The notes: generated by a model from the letters alone, not told the origin. DNA of 64,000 bases from Planctomycetota bacterium (GCA_965223545.1 OZ245006.1:5856001-5920000); one strand, 5' to 3'; shown: positions 26,057 through 36,078, numbered from the stretch's first letter. Made by a program: numbers and translations.

Positions 26057-27778
26057 CTATTGTCGGAGGGCGAGCGACCGCAGCGCCGGCAGCCGATCGC
26101 TCGCCGCCGGACTCAGGGTGAACGCGTTGGCCCAGGATGGGAGCAGGCCGTCGACCATCGGCTGCACCGAGACCACCAGCCCGTCGACCACGAGCAGCAG
26201 CGAGCCCGCGCGTGCCAGCGCGGCGCGCTTGATGCGCAGCAGGGACTCCTCGGCGGCCTCGCGCGGACGGAACGAGAAGCTGCGCGGGTTGGGTGGGCGC
26301 TTGTGCAACCTGCCGAGGTCTTCGTCGCCGAACGACGCCGCCGCGGCCTCGGTGGCGATGAGCTCCACGACCCAGGGCAGCGGCCGCAGCCGTTCTCGGT
26401 CGGCGCCGATCGAGCCGGCGGGCGCGGCGTCGACGACCAAGCCGAGCGTGGCGGCGTGGCTCGGGGCCCAGTGTCGCGGCCGCCACGGGTCGGCGGCGAT
26501 CCGGACCGGCAGCCAGCGGATCCAGCGCGGACCACCGGCGTCGGCCGGCAGGGCGTGGAACGCGGCGATGGCGCGTTCGTCGTCCTGCAGGGCCGCGCGC
26601 TGGCGGCCGCCGTCGGCGTCGAGCCAGGCCAGCAAGCGGTTGCGTTCGTCTTCGGCGGTGTGGTCGAGGCGTCGCGGCAACCCGCTGGCGTAGAGCTGCA
26701 ACGAAGGAGCGGGGGCCGTGACGTCGCGGTCGGGGGCCACCGTCAGCCGCGCCAGCCGGGCGGCGGCCGCGATGTCTTCGTCGTCGTGCTGCTCGAGCGC
26801 CGCGAGGCGCGGCGCCACGAAGCGCGCGGTGGGACCGATCGCTGCGGTCGCCCGCAGCATTGCCACGGCGACGTCGGCGGGCGCGGCCTCGGCCGCGTCC
26901 AGAAGCCAGCGCGCGGCGTCCGGATGCCGGGCGGCGCCGATCCAGCCGGCGGCCTCGGTCCGGGTCGCGGGGTCGAGGGCGAACAGCCGCTGGCACTGGC
27001 CCAGCATGCAGGCGGCGGAGTCCGGCGCGAAGGCCGCGAGGGCGAGCGATGCCTCGGTGCGGAGCCAGGTCACCAGCTGCGGCGTGAAGGTCATCGCGAA
27101 GCGTTCGTCGGCCACGGTCCAGGTCCACTCCTCGTCCGGTTGGAACTGGTGGTCGACCACCTCCGTCAACGCTCGTGCGATCCTGCTCCGTTGGCTGCGC
27201 CACCCGATGGCGCGGTGCGCCAGCGCGCGGCAGGCGGTGGCCAGCGCGTACGGATTGCTGCCGGTCAGGGCGGCGAGCAGGACGTCGAGCTCGGCGCCGG
27301 CGTCGAGGGCGATCGACGACACCAGCTGTTGCCAGTGGGCGCGCAGCTCGGCGCGCACGGCGTAGCCCGCGCGCGGCGGGTTGCCGCGCAAGAACTCGAC
27401 CAGCTCGCGCCGGGCGCTGCCGGCGAACGGTGCGACTCGCGCCAGCACCAGCGCCGCGTCCAGCAGCGGCTGCACCGGGATGTGCGGATCGGTGATGCAG
27501 GTGCGCAGCGCCGGCACCGCGCCGGTGGCGCGCGGGCCGAGCTCGAGTAGCACGCGGGCCGCGGCGGCGCGCGCTTGCGCCTCGCCCGCTTCGCCGCGCA
27601 TGCCGTGCGCCAGCAGGTCGGCGAGCTGCGGCACCACCGGCTCGCCGAGCGCGAGCAGCTCGAGCTGGGCGCGCGCGCCGTGCTCGGTCGATGCCAACTG
27701 GCGCAGCAGGTCGTCGGCGCCCGGTTGCGCGGCCGCGGCGGCGCTCAACAGCAGGGCGGTGGGCAGCCGCGCCTTCAA
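26057..27778 (-). CDS. Exported HEAT/PBS-repeat protein
   Basis: TTG start overlaps the upstream TGA; signal peptide (LLLSAAAAAQ); LLELGPRATGAVPAL and AAIGPTARFVAPRL HEAT-like repeats. Confidence 0.7.
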   Translation of the reverse strand: MKARLPTALLLSAAAAAQPGADDLLRQLASTEHGARAQLELLALGEPVVPQLADLLAHGMRGEAGEAQARAAAARVLLELGPRATGAVPALRTCITDPHIPVQPLLDAALVLARVAPFAGSARRELVEFLRGNPPRAGYAVRAELRAHWQQLVSSIALDAGAELDVLLAALTGSNPYALATACRALAHRAIGWRSQRSRIARALTEVVDHQFQPDEEWTWTVADERFAMTFTPQLVTWLRTEASLALAAFAPDSAACMLGQCQRLFALDPATRTEAAGWIGAARHPDAARWLLDAAEAAPADVAVAMLRATAAIGPTARFVAPRLAALEQHDDEDIAAAARLARLTVAPDRDVTAPAPSLQLYASGLPRRLDHTAEDERNRLLAWLDADGGRQRAALQDDERAIAAFHALPADAGGPRWIRWLPVRIAADPWRPRHWAPSHAATLGLVVDAAPAGSIGADRERLRPLPWVVELIATEAAAASFGDEDLGRLHKRPPNPRSFSFRPREAAEESLLRIKRAALARAGSLLLVVDGLVVSVQPMVDGLLPSWANAFTLSPAASDRLPALRSLALRQ

Positions 27779-29679
27779 GCGCTTGCCTCGCTCGCTCCGG
27801 TGTCGGCGGGGCCGGCCGCCGGCCGCTCGGTGGTGTTGCCGCGCGCCTCGAGGTGGGTGAGTACCTGCACCATGCGCTCCAGCACGTCGCCGTCGCCGGG
27901 CCGGCCGAAGTTGCGCAGCACGATCTCCTTGGCGAACAGGTGCACCAGATAGCGCAGGCGCCGCGCCTCGGTGCGGGTGGCGGCGACGTAGTCGCGGTGG
28001 CCCGTGTTGTATTCCCAACCCTGCTCGTGCATGCGCGAGCGCCAGCGCTCGTCCGGCGCGTGCACCGGCACCGGGTCGGGAATGCCGCCGTCGGCCGACG
28101 GCGATGGCGTCGCGTCGACCACCTCGATCGCCGCGCCGGCGCTGGCCTCGGCATCGTTCGTGCTGGCCGTCACCGTCAGCGTCGCTCCGCCGAGATGCTC
28201 GGGTGCGCGAAAGCGCGCCCGGCGGTCGTCGACGTCGAGCGTTCCCGCGCCGTCGAGCAGCCAGGAGAAGACGACCGGAACGCGCACCGGGCGTCCGTCG
28301 GCGTCGAGCGGGCGCGCGACGAACGTCCGCGCGCTGCCGGCCGGCACGCGGGCCTTGCCCGGGGTCAGCTGGACGGCGGCGAGGGGACCCGGCGGAAACA
28401 GCAGCGTCCCGTCATCGTCCTCCGTGTCTCCGGCGCCGGCTTCGGCTTCGGTGGTTGCGGCATCGCCGGCTTCGGCGTCGGCCGCCAACGGTTCGCCGTC
28501 GCCCACCTCGACTGCCTTTGCGCTCGTCGCGGCCTCGTTGTGCCGCACGTCGAACAGATCGTACTCCGGCAGCAGCGACGGCATCTTGCGGAAGACGCGC
28601 TTGAGCTGCTTGGCGAGGTTGCGGTCGAGCTCCTCGCGCTGTCGCTCTTCGTCTTCGACCAGGATGGCCGTCAGCCGCATCTCCAGCACCGGCAGCGCGG
28701 CGACCAGGGCGGCGGCGGCGCGGTCGAAGACGATGCCGCGGCGCGTGCTCGGCGGCACCTGCAGCTGGGGAAAGTCGACGACGCCCTCGAAGCGCCCGCT
28801 GTCCCACGGCGTCCGGACCCGGTCCGGACCCTCGATCGCCGCGATGTCGTCGAGCACCGTCGTGCCGCCGCAGGCCAGCGCCACGCGGCCGTGGCGCTCG
28901 TCGTCGGCGGAGACCAGGTAGAGCTCGACGCGCGCATCGTCGTGGCCTTCGACGCCGAGGCGGACCAACCCCTCGATCGACTGGCCGCGGTAGCGCTCGG
29001 CGGTGACCGCGAATTCCTTGATCGCGCGGCCGCGGGCGACGCGGTCCAGGATGCGGAGCTCGACGGTGCGACCCAGCAGCTGGCCGCGCAGCTCACCGGC
29101 GAGGTAGGCCTGCAAGCGCGGCGGCCGCACCTGCCGGTGCACTTGCTCGTGGATGCCGAAGATCTCGACTTCGGTGAACGTGTCGCTGTCGTCCAGCCGG
29201 CGCGCGCGCGCCTTGGTCAGCTGGGCATCGGGGCAGTCCTCGACCAGGGTCAGGGTCCAGGTGGCGCCACCGCCGACGCGGCTGTGGATGCGCATCTCGC
29301 GGCCCACCGCCCAGAAGCCGAGCAGCCCGATGCCGTACTTGCCGATCGCCATCAGCTCGCGGCGTTGGGCCGGCGTCAGCGAGCGCTTGTGCGAGTGGCC
29401 GATGGTCGTCGCGATGTGGTGCAGCGCCTGATCGCGGTCGAGCTCCGGAAACACGCCGCGGCCGTCGTCGCGAATGCGCAGCCCGCGCTCGCCCTTGCGC
29501 TTGAACCAGGTGATCTCGATGTGTTCGGCCTGCGCGTCGAGCGAGTTCTGCACCAGCTCGCACACCGCCTTGCGCGGATCGTGTTGGCTGCGGGCCAGCA
29601 GGCGGATCAAGTCGAACGAATCGGCGGGCTTGAGCCGCAGCTTGGTCTGGCGCACCGAGCCGGAGGGACGCTTGGCCAT
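27775..29679 (-). CDS. GHKL (MORC/Hsp90-like) ATPase with an acidic linker, Ig-like domain and C-terminal domain
   Basis: ELVQNSLDA (motif I), IRDDGRG (motif II), IGHSHK...IGKYGIGLLG (ATP lid). Confidence 0.85.
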   Translation of the reverse strand: MAKRPSGSVRQTKLRLKPADSFDLIRLLARSQHDPRKAVCELVQNSLDAQAEHIEITWFKRKGERGLRIRDDGRGVFPELDRDQALHHIATTIGHSHKRSLTPAQRRELMAIGKYGIGLLGFWAVGREMRIHSRVGGGATWTLTLVEDCPDAQLTKARARRLDDSDTFTEVEIFGIHEQVHRQVRPPRLQAYLAGELRGQLLGRTVELRILDRVARGRAIKEFAVTAERYRGQSIEGLVRLGVEGHDDARVELYLVSADDERHGRVALACGGTTVLDDIAAIEGPDRVRTPWDSGRFEGVVDFPQLQVPPSTRRGIVFDRAAAALVAALPVLEMRLTAILVEDEERQREELDRNLAKQLKRVFRKMPSLLPEYDLFDVRHNEAATSAKAVEVGDGEPLAADAEAGDAATTEAEAGAGDTEDDDGTLLFPPGPLAAVQLTPGKARVPAGSARTFVARPLDADGRPVRVPVVFSWLLDGAGTLDVDDRRARFRAPEHLGGATLTVTASTNDAEASAGAAIEVVDATPSPSADGGIPDPVPVHAPDERWRSRMHEQGWEYNTGHRDYVAATRTEARRLRYLVHLFAKEIVLRNFGRPGDGDVLERMVQVLTHLEARGNTTERPAAGPADTGASEASA

Positions 29680-29690
29680 GGCCTGCCACG

Positions 29691-30539
29691 CTACAAGAGG
29701 CGGCATTGGCCGCAACCACGCGGTCCACCGCCCAGTGCGTCGATCGGGTCGGCGAGCTCGACCGCCAGCTGCGCGGCGGTCGGCGTCCGGTGGCGTGGGT
29801 TGCACCGCGTGGCCCGGCGGACAGCACCGGCCAGGGCGGCCGCGCCGCCGCGGAGCCTCGGCAGGCGGGCGCCGTGGCCGCCGGCCAACCGGTGCCACCA
29901 CGCGTGCAATGGGCGGGCGCGGCCGCCCAGCAGCAGTGCCAGCGTGACGCCGAGACCGAAGACGTCGATGCGCGGATCGGCGGGCGCGCGGCACGCGGCG
30001 CCCGACCGCCACGCCTCCGGCGGGATGAAGCCCCGCGTGCCGGGCACCTCTCCCCGGCCCGTTTGGTCACTGCGCGCGCGCGGCCGCGCCAGGCCGAGGT
30101 CGATCAACACCGGCCGGGCGCGATCGAGCAGGATGTTGGCCGGGGTCACGTCGCGGTGCACGACGCCGGCGTCGTGCAGGTACTGCAGGGTGCCCGCCAC
30201 GGCGATGCCGAGGCAGGCGACTTGCAGGGGGGTGAGCGGGCGGCGCAGGTGCGACAGCGGGGGCCCCGACAGTCGGGCCAACGCCAAGTACGGAACGCCG
30301 TCGATGGCGCCGGCGGTCTCGAAGCGCACCAGGCCGGGATGGCGCAGGGGGGCGAGGAGGTCGATCTCGCGCCGCAGCCGGCGCGCGGCTCCGCCCGTTG
30401 CTCCGCGGCGCGGCAGCTTGACGGCCAGCGCGGCGCGGTCGCGGAGCCGGGTGGCGGCGTAGACCTCGCTCATGCCCCCGCGCGCCAGTAGGTGGTGGAT
30501 CCGCATTCCGTCGAACATGGCCGGCGGATGGCTGCTCAC
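29691..30539 (-). CDS. Hanks-type Ser/Thr protein kinase, kinase domain only (start uncertain: 30563, 30539 or 30518)
   Basis: LARGGMSEVY, LAVK, HRDVTPANILL, IDLGLA, GTRGFIPPE, DVFGLG. Confidence 0.8.
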   Translation of the reverse strand: MSSHPPAMFDGMRIHHLLARGGMSEVYAATRLRDRAALAVKLPRRGATGGAARRLRREIDLLAPLRHPGLVRFETAGAIDGVPYLALARLSGPPLSHLRRPLTPLQVACLGIAVAGTLQYLHDAGVVHRDVTPANILLDRARPVLIDLGLARPRARSDQTGRGEVPGTRGFIPPEAWRSGAACRAPADPRIDVFGLGVTLALLLGGRARPLHAWWHRLAGGHGARLPRLRGGAAALAGAVRRATRCNPRHRTPTAAQLAVELADPIDALGGGPRGCGQCRLL

Positions 30540-30549
30540 CGCAGCGCCG

Positions 30550-31191
30550 TCAATCCGGGCCACGGCGCCGGGCCGGCGCCGCTCTGCCGGCGGGGTTGCG
30601 CAGCAACTCGATGCGCAGGGCGGCGCGCGCGCGAGTCAGCAGGACGCGGCTGGCGCCGGGGCTGCGGCCCGTGCGCGCGGCGGAGCGATGGTGGGTGTGG
30701 CGCGGGTCGGCGTGCCAGCGCAGCGCCTGTCCGTACTGCGGCGGCAGCCGGTCCAGCGCCGCTTGCACGTGCTGCCACTCGTCGCGCGCGGCCGCCGTCT
30801 GCGGCGGAGGCGGCAGCGGGGACGGGGCCCGCGCCGCCGGAATGGCGATCGCCTCGGGCGCGGTCCTGCGCCGCGCGGTGTAGTGCCGGTGGCGCAGCAT
30901 CACCAGGTGGCGGACGATGGAGACCAGCCAGGCGCGCAGCGCGCCGCGCGTTGCGCCGCGGAAGCTCGGGATCGACTGCAGCACCTGCACGGTGGCGGAC
31001 TGCACCACATCGGAGATGGTCAAGTGCCGGCCGAGGTGCTCGCCGACTTCGGCGGTGGCGGCCTGGCGCAGGATGGGCTGCGCCCACGCCACGAGCGCGT
31101 CCCAGCCGCGCGGGTCGCCGGCCCGCGCCGCGGCGAGCCAGTCGGGGCTGCCGGGGCGAACCAGCTCGGGTTGGGGCTGACGGAACCGCAT
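30550..31191 (-). CDS. ECF sigma-70 factor
   Basis: AARAGDPRGWDAL, TISDVVQSA, FRG...LRAWLVSI, ALDRLPPQYGQAL (sigma2 and sigma4). Confidence 0.8.
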   Translation of the reverse strand: MRFRQPQPELVRPGSPDWLAAARAGDPRGWDALVAWAQPILRQAATAEVGEHLGRHLTISDVVQSATVQVLQSIPSFRGATRGALRAWLVSIVRHLVMLRHRHYTARRRTAPEAIAIPAARAPSPLPPPPQTAAARDEWQHVQAALDRLPPQYGQALRWHADPRHTHHRSAARTGRSPGASRVLLTRARAALRIELLRNPAGRAAPARRRGPD

Positions 31192-31319
31192 GACACCATG
31201 GGCGTTTGCGGGTCCACTGGCGGGCCCGCCCGTCAGAGTTGCCGGACAGATGAAGTGCAATCGGGTAAAAAATCCCTATCCGCGGTCCGCCCCCGTCCGT
31301 CCGGACGCAGAAGTGATGA

Positions 31320-31976
31320 ATGACGCAGCGACGTTACGAGCAAGTTGAGCCAGAGGGAGATCGCGGAGCGTTCGCTCAGCTGCTCTCGGCCGCCAAGAGC
31401 GGTGACCGGGAGGCCCAGGACGCGCTGGTCGGGCGGGTCTACCCGGAGGTCCGTCGGCTGGTGCACAAGGAGCTCAGCCAGAGCCTGCGCCGGTCGCGCC
31501 CGGAGCTGTCGGCGCTGTTCAGCACCGGGGACGTGGTGCACGACGTGCTGCTGGGCGTGCTGCGCGATCTGCACAGCTTCAAGGGCGACGATCAACCCGC
31601 CCTGACTCAGTACTTGGCGGTGCGCGTCTCGCACCAGTTGATCGACACGATTCGCTTTCACCAGGCCAAGTGCCGCGACCGCCGCCGCGGTGGGGTCGAC
31701 TCCGCGGCCCACGAGCCGGCCAGCACCGACCCCTCGCCGACGTCGGCCGCCGCTGCGCGGGAGTCGGCCGCGGCGTTGGATGCCGCGATCGCCACCTTGC
31801 CCGAGCGGCTGCGCCAGGTGCTCGAGCTGCGCTACCGACGCGGCATGGCGCACGCCGATGTCGCCGCCGCGCTGGGCTTCCCATCGGCCGAGGCGGCGCG
31901 CAAGGCGGAGCGCACGGCGCGGGCGCAGCTCTCGGTGCGCATGCGCGCGCTCGGCGATGGGGGGCGCGCGGAGTGA
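31320..31976 (+). CDS. ECF sigma-70 factor
   Basis: AAKSGDREAQDAL, STGDVVHDV, LPERLRQVLELRY, ADVAAALG...AEAARK. Confidence 0.88.
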   Translation: MTQRRYEQVEPEGDRGAFAQLLSAAKSGDREAQDALVGRVYPEVRRLVHKELSQSLRRSRPELSALFSTGDVVHDVLLGVLRDLHSFKGDDQPALTQYLAVRVSHQLIDTIRFHQAKCRDRRRGGVDSAAHEPASTDPSPTSAAAARESAAALDAAIATLPERLRQVLELRYRRGMAHADVAAALGFPSAEAARKAERTARAQLSVRMRALGDGGRAE

Positions 31977-34570
31977 GCGATCCGACCAGGGTGTCGGCCA
32001 CCGAAGGCGATGGGGCCGGGCAGCGGTTGGCGGCGATCGTCGAGCGTGCGCTCGAGCACGAGGAGTGCGGCGAGGACTACCGGCTGCTCGACCTCTGTGG
32101 CGGTGATGCCGCGGTGTGCGATGCCGCCCAGCAGGCGTTGCAGCTCGCGCGCCGGGTCGATCGCTTCGCCGGTTGGCGGCAGCCGGGCGATCCGTTCACC
32201 GGGGCCGCGCTCGGCGATCGCTACGTCGTCCTCGAACGCATCGGCGCGGGCGCCATGGGCGCGGTGTACCGCGGCCATGACCGCGAGCTCGGGCGCGACG
32301 TCGCGATCAAGGTACTCCACCCCCATCTATTCGGCGCTGAAGCGGCCGAGGCGCGCTTCGTCCGCGAGGCGCAGGCGCTCGCCGCCCTCCGCCACCCGAA
32401 CGTGGTCTCGGTCCACGACCGCGGCAAGACCGAGAACGGTGCGCACTACCTTGTGCTCGAGCTGCTGTCCGGCTTGTCGTTGGCGGTGATCGTCGACGAG
32501 CTGTCGGCCCGCGTGCGGGCCGGCGGCTGGCGCGCGGTCGAGGACACCGATTGGCTGCGCACTCTGTTGGCCGAGGCGGAGCTCGAGCCGAGCTACTTGC
32601 GCCAATGCGTGAGCTGGGGCATCGCGCTCGCGTCCGGCTTGGCCGCGGCCCACGAGCAGGGAATCGTCCACCGCGACGTCAAGCCCTCCAACGTGTTCAT
32701 CACCGACGACGGCCGCGCGGTGTTGCTGGACTTCGGCATCGCGGCGTGGGCGGACGACGGTTCGCTGACCGCCGGCGACACGACGCTGGGAACGCCCAAG
32801 TACATGGCGCCCGAGCAGGTCGGCGCGGGCAGCCGGACGATGCCGGTCGTCGACGTTTACTCGCTGACCGCGACCCTCTACCACTTGGTCTGTGGCCGGG
32901 CGCCGTACGACGGCGACACGCCGCGCGTGCTGGCGGCGCTGCAGCGGCAGGATCCGCCCGACCCGGTCAGGCTGCGCCGCGGCTTGCCGGCCGATGTCGC
33001 CGCCGTTCTCGAAGTCGGCATGGCGCGCGATGTGCGGCGGCGGTATGCGGGCATGCAGGCGTTGGAGCGGGATCTGCGCGCCCTGCTGGAGCTGCGGCCC
33101 GTGACCGCGCGCCGGCTCGGAGTGGTCGGCCGCGGCTGGCGGCGCGTGCGGCGGGCGAGAGCACTGCAAGCGGCGGTCGGCGCTGCGTTGTTGGTGATCG
33201 GCGGCGTGGCGACGGTGCAGTGGTGGAGTGCGCGCGCCGCGGCCCGCGCCAGCGAGACCCAGGCCGACGTGCGCGCCTTGCCGCCTTGCGCGACTCTGGG
33301 CGTGCGCCCGCGCTACCACGCCGAGGCCACGTTGGCACTTGCGCGGCGCCTGCTCGATGGCGCGACCGAGCGCTCGCCCGAGCGTCCGGTGCCCTGGATG
33401 CTGCGCGCCGCGTTGCGCTTCGATCACGGCGACCGCGCCGGCGCGGCGCGCGACTACGCGGAGTTCGCCCAGCGCTGGCCGTCGGCGCTGTCGCGCGCCG
33501 TCGCGGCCGCGTTCGCGAGCGGAGGCGGCGGCGGCGAGATGGCGTTCGATGCGGCGGTCGCGTTGCCCGAGCCGCAGGACGCGCTGCAGGACCTGTTGGC
33601 GGCGCACTTGACGATGCGCGCCGCGCAGTGGACGCCGGTCGAGCGACACGCGGAGCTGTACGGCCGCGCCGTCTCCCTGTTGCGCCGGCGGCCCGAGCAC
33701 GCCATCGCTCGGGAGTGGGCGTTCTTGGCGGAGCTGCAGTCCGGTGCGGTCGACCTGGGTCGCATCAGCGCAGACATCGCGCGCCACGAGGGGCGCTTCG
33801 GCGGTTCGACGACCACGTCGTACCTCGCCGGGGTGGTCCGCGCCAAGCTGGCGAACCGCAGCGGTGCGCTCGCCGACCACGCGACTGCGCTGGCGCACTT
33901 CGAGGCGGTGCTGGCGTTGGTGCCGGAGCACTACCAGTCGCTCAACAACAGCGCCGATCGGTTGCTTTGGTTGCACCGGCCGGCGGAGGCAGAAGTGCTG
34001 GCCCGCTGCGCCCTCGCCGCGCGGCCGACCGGCGCCGACGCGCAGATGAACTTGTGCTACGCGCTCACTCGCCTGCGGCGGTTCGACGAAGCCGAAGAGG
34101 TGGTGGCCGCGATGCAGGTCGACACCTGGGAGCGCGCTGTCGTCGCCGGCGACCTCGCGCTGCGCGTCGCGCTGCAGCACCTGGCCGACGGTCACTCGGG
34201 CCCGGCGGCGCTGTCCGCCGCGGCGGAGGCCAGCCAGCGGTTCGAGGTGGCCGCGGACAAGCTGCGCGCGTTGGGCATGTCCCGCCGGGCGGCCGAGGCC
34301 GCCGAGAACGCGCGGCGGGCGCGCGAGCTCGAGAGCGGTCCCGGCTCCGACGAGTACTGCACGGCGCTGGCGGCGGCGCGCTACGGCGCGGCCGAGCTGC
34401 GCGTCATCGGCCGCAACTTGCCGGCACACATGAGCCAGGAGCTCCGCGATCGGTTGCAGGAGCTGCTCGAAGACTACGCCGACCTCGTGGACTACCGCGA
34501 GACGGCTTCCGCGGCGCCCCATCCCCCGGCGCCGGTCCCCGACCCCATTCCATCCCAGTCCAAGGAGTAG
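31973..34570 (+). CDS. Membrane Ser/Thr protein kinase with a C-terminal TPR-like region
   Basis: GTGA overlap with the ECF gene; IGAGAMGAVY, VAIK, HRDVKPSN, DFG, GTPKYMAPE; one TM helix followed by helical repeats. Confidence 0.92.
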   Translation: MSDPTRVSATEGDGAGQRLAAIVERALEHEECGEDYRLLDLCGGDAAVCDAAQQALQLARRVDRFAGWRQPGDPFTGAALGDRYVVLERIGAGAMGAVYRGHDRELGRDVAIKVLHPHLFGAEAAEARFVREAQALAALRHPNVVSVHDRGKTENGAHYLVLELLSGLSLAVIVDELSARVRAGGWRAVEDTDWLRTLLAEAELEPSYLRQCVSWGIALASGLAAAHEQGIVHRDVKPSNVFITDDGRAVLLDFGIAAWADDGSLTAGDTTLGTPKYMAPEQVGAGSRTMPVVDVYSLTATLYHLVCGRAPYDGDTPRVLAALQRQDPPDPVRLRRGLPADVAAVLEVGMARDVRRRYAGMQALERDLRALLELRPVTARRLGVVGRGWRRVRRARALQAAVGAALLVIGGVATVQWWSARAAARASETQADVRALPPCATLGVRPRYHAEATLALARRLLDGATERSPERPVPWMLRAALRFDHGDRAGAARDYAEFAQRWPSALSRAVAAAFASGGGGGEMAFDAAVALPEPQDALQDLLAAHLTMRAAQWTPVERHAELYGRAVSLLRRRPEHAIAREWAFLAELQSGAVDLGRISADIARHEGRFGGSTTTSYLAGVVRAKLANRSGALADHATALAHFEAVLALVPEHYQSLNNSADRLLWLHRPAEAEVLARCALAARPTGADAQMNLCYALTRLRRFDEAEEVVAAMQVDTWERAVVAGDLALRVALQHLADGHSGPAALSAAAEASQRFEVAADKLRALGMSRRAAEAAENARRARELESGPGSDEYCTALAAARYGAAELRVIGRNLPAHMSQELRDRLQELLEDYADLVDYRETASAAPHPPAPVPDPIPSQSKE

Positions 34571-34577
34571 CTCCGCC

Positions 34578-36029
34578 ATGATTCTCACCACCGCGCTCGC
34601 CACCGTTGCCACCGCCAGCTTGGCGCCCCAGTCGCAGGACTATGGGTTCCTCATGGGGGCGGCCGAGGTGGTGTTCACCGATCAGGACACGGCGGACGAG
34701 CACCACAACTATGTCGTGGCCGCGCGCTACAAGGCGGCCGGTATCCGCGACCAACTGCCGGGGAACTTCCCACCACCTCCTCCCGGTGGTCCGGACTTGT
34801 CGAGCTCGCCTCCGTGGAGTGAGTTTCCGACAAGCGGCAGCACGGTGACGGTCGTCGCCGACGGCTTCAGCTCCGGGCTTCCCTACATGCCGATCAACGG
34901 GGCCGGTCTGCTCTCCGCCGACCCCAATTCCGACACCAGCTGGGTGGCGATCACGTTCACCGTGTTGCGTGATACGCAGGGTGAAGAGGGTTCTTTCATC
35001 GCCGCGCACAATGACGACAACCTGCTGGCCGCGACCTTGCAGTTCACCACCGCCGAGAGCACGGGCGTCGAAGGTGTGGGGGAAGTGCTCTATGCCAACA
35101 ATGGCCCGGACACGTGCTACCCGGAAGACTCCTACCCGGAAAACTCGAACGTCACCGCGATCGACAACCTGCTGCCGATGATTTGGGAGAACTCGGCGCG
35201 CGGAGCTGCGATGCGCGGGCGCTTCGAGCAGTTCCCGTACGTCGTCTTCTCGTTGGACGAGGACTCCGCGGTTGCCGTCAATCAGGCGCTCGTCCCGAAC
35301 GGGAGCTACACCGGCGCGGACGTGTTCGTCACCGAGTGGCTGGGGGCTGCGTGGAGCACGCCGGTGCTGCTCGTCAGCGGCCAGCAGCTCGAGGTCGCTG
35401 TCGGCAAGGAAGTCACGGGCCTGAGCTATGACGCCAGCCAAGACCTGCTCGTCTACGCCAGCGACGGTACCGACTCGCAGGTCATGGTGGCCTATCTCGG
35501 TCCCAACCCCGGCGACACTCCGTCGGATGTGCGCGAGCTCGAGGTGTTCGCGTCACCGACGTCGACGCAGAAGATCGCCGCGTCGGCGGCGCTCGGCCTG
35601 CAGCCGACCCAGGGAGTCGACAAGATCGGCGGCCTGTGTGTGATCGACCCCCGCACCGATGCGGCGGTGCACCGCTTCATGCCGCTCAACTTCGGCACGA
35701 CGACCGGTCTCGTGCGAGGTAGCGCGCTGCGGGAGGGCAATGGTACCGCGTTGGACACCTGGGTGGTCTCCGGTGTCAGCGACGTCAACGCCACGTGGAC
35801 GATCTTCCGGAGCTACGCGTTCGGCGTGATGCCGCTCAACTCCCCGGCGCCGATCTCGGGCTCGTACACCGTCGTGTCATCCACTTCGGTGTTGGCCAAC
35901 GAGCCGGTGTCGATCAGCTTCCCCGTGTTCACGTCGATGATGCCGGGCATCGTCGACTTCAGCAGCATCTTCTTCCCGGAAGGCGCGGGGGGCGGAGGCG
36001 CGACGTCGTGGCACCGCCTGACGTTCTGA
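34578..36029 (+). CDS. Secreted hypothetical protein (acidic, beta-rich)
   Basis: RBS AAGGAG overlapping the kinase stop; signal peptide; coherent 483-aa ORF. Confidence 0.75.
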   Translation: MILTTALATVATASLAPQSQDYGFLMGAAEVVFTDQDTADEHHNYVVAARYKAAGIRDQLPGNFPPPPPGGPDLSSSPPWSEFPTSGSTVTVVADGFSSGLPYMPINGAGLLSADPNSDTSWVAITFTVLRDTQGEEGSFIAAHNDDNLLAATLQFTTAESTGVEGVGEVLYANNGPDTCYPEDSYPENSNVTAIDNLLPMIWENSARGAAMRGRFEQFPYVVFSLDEDSAVAVNQALVPNGSYTGADVFVTEWLGAAWSTPVLLVSGQQLEVAVGKEVTGLSYDASQDLLVYASDGTDSQVMVAYLGPNPGDTPSDVRELEVFASPTSTQKIAASAALGLQPTQGVDKIGGLCVIDPRTDAAVHRFMPLNFGTTTGLVRGSALREGNGTALDTWVVSGVSDVNATWTIFRSYAFGVMPLNSPAPISGSYTVVSSTSVLANEPVSISFPVFTSMMPGIVDFSSIFFPEGAGGGGATSWHRLTF

Positions 36030-36078
36030 GCGCGCGGGGCGGTTGACGCCCGGCCCCGCGGTGGAGATCCTGTTGCGC

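Noticed and set aside
25494..28154. 886-aa ORF appearing to be a giant GntR fusion
   Set aside because: Only the last 135 aa are GntR. The rest is a shadow frame over the HEAT gene, and the operator marks the real start at 25901.
26057..31191. Calling the GHKL ATPase/kinase region a defence island
   Set aside because: No nuclease, DNA methylase, helicase or other recognisable defence gene is adjacent. Kept only as a hypothesis in the findings.
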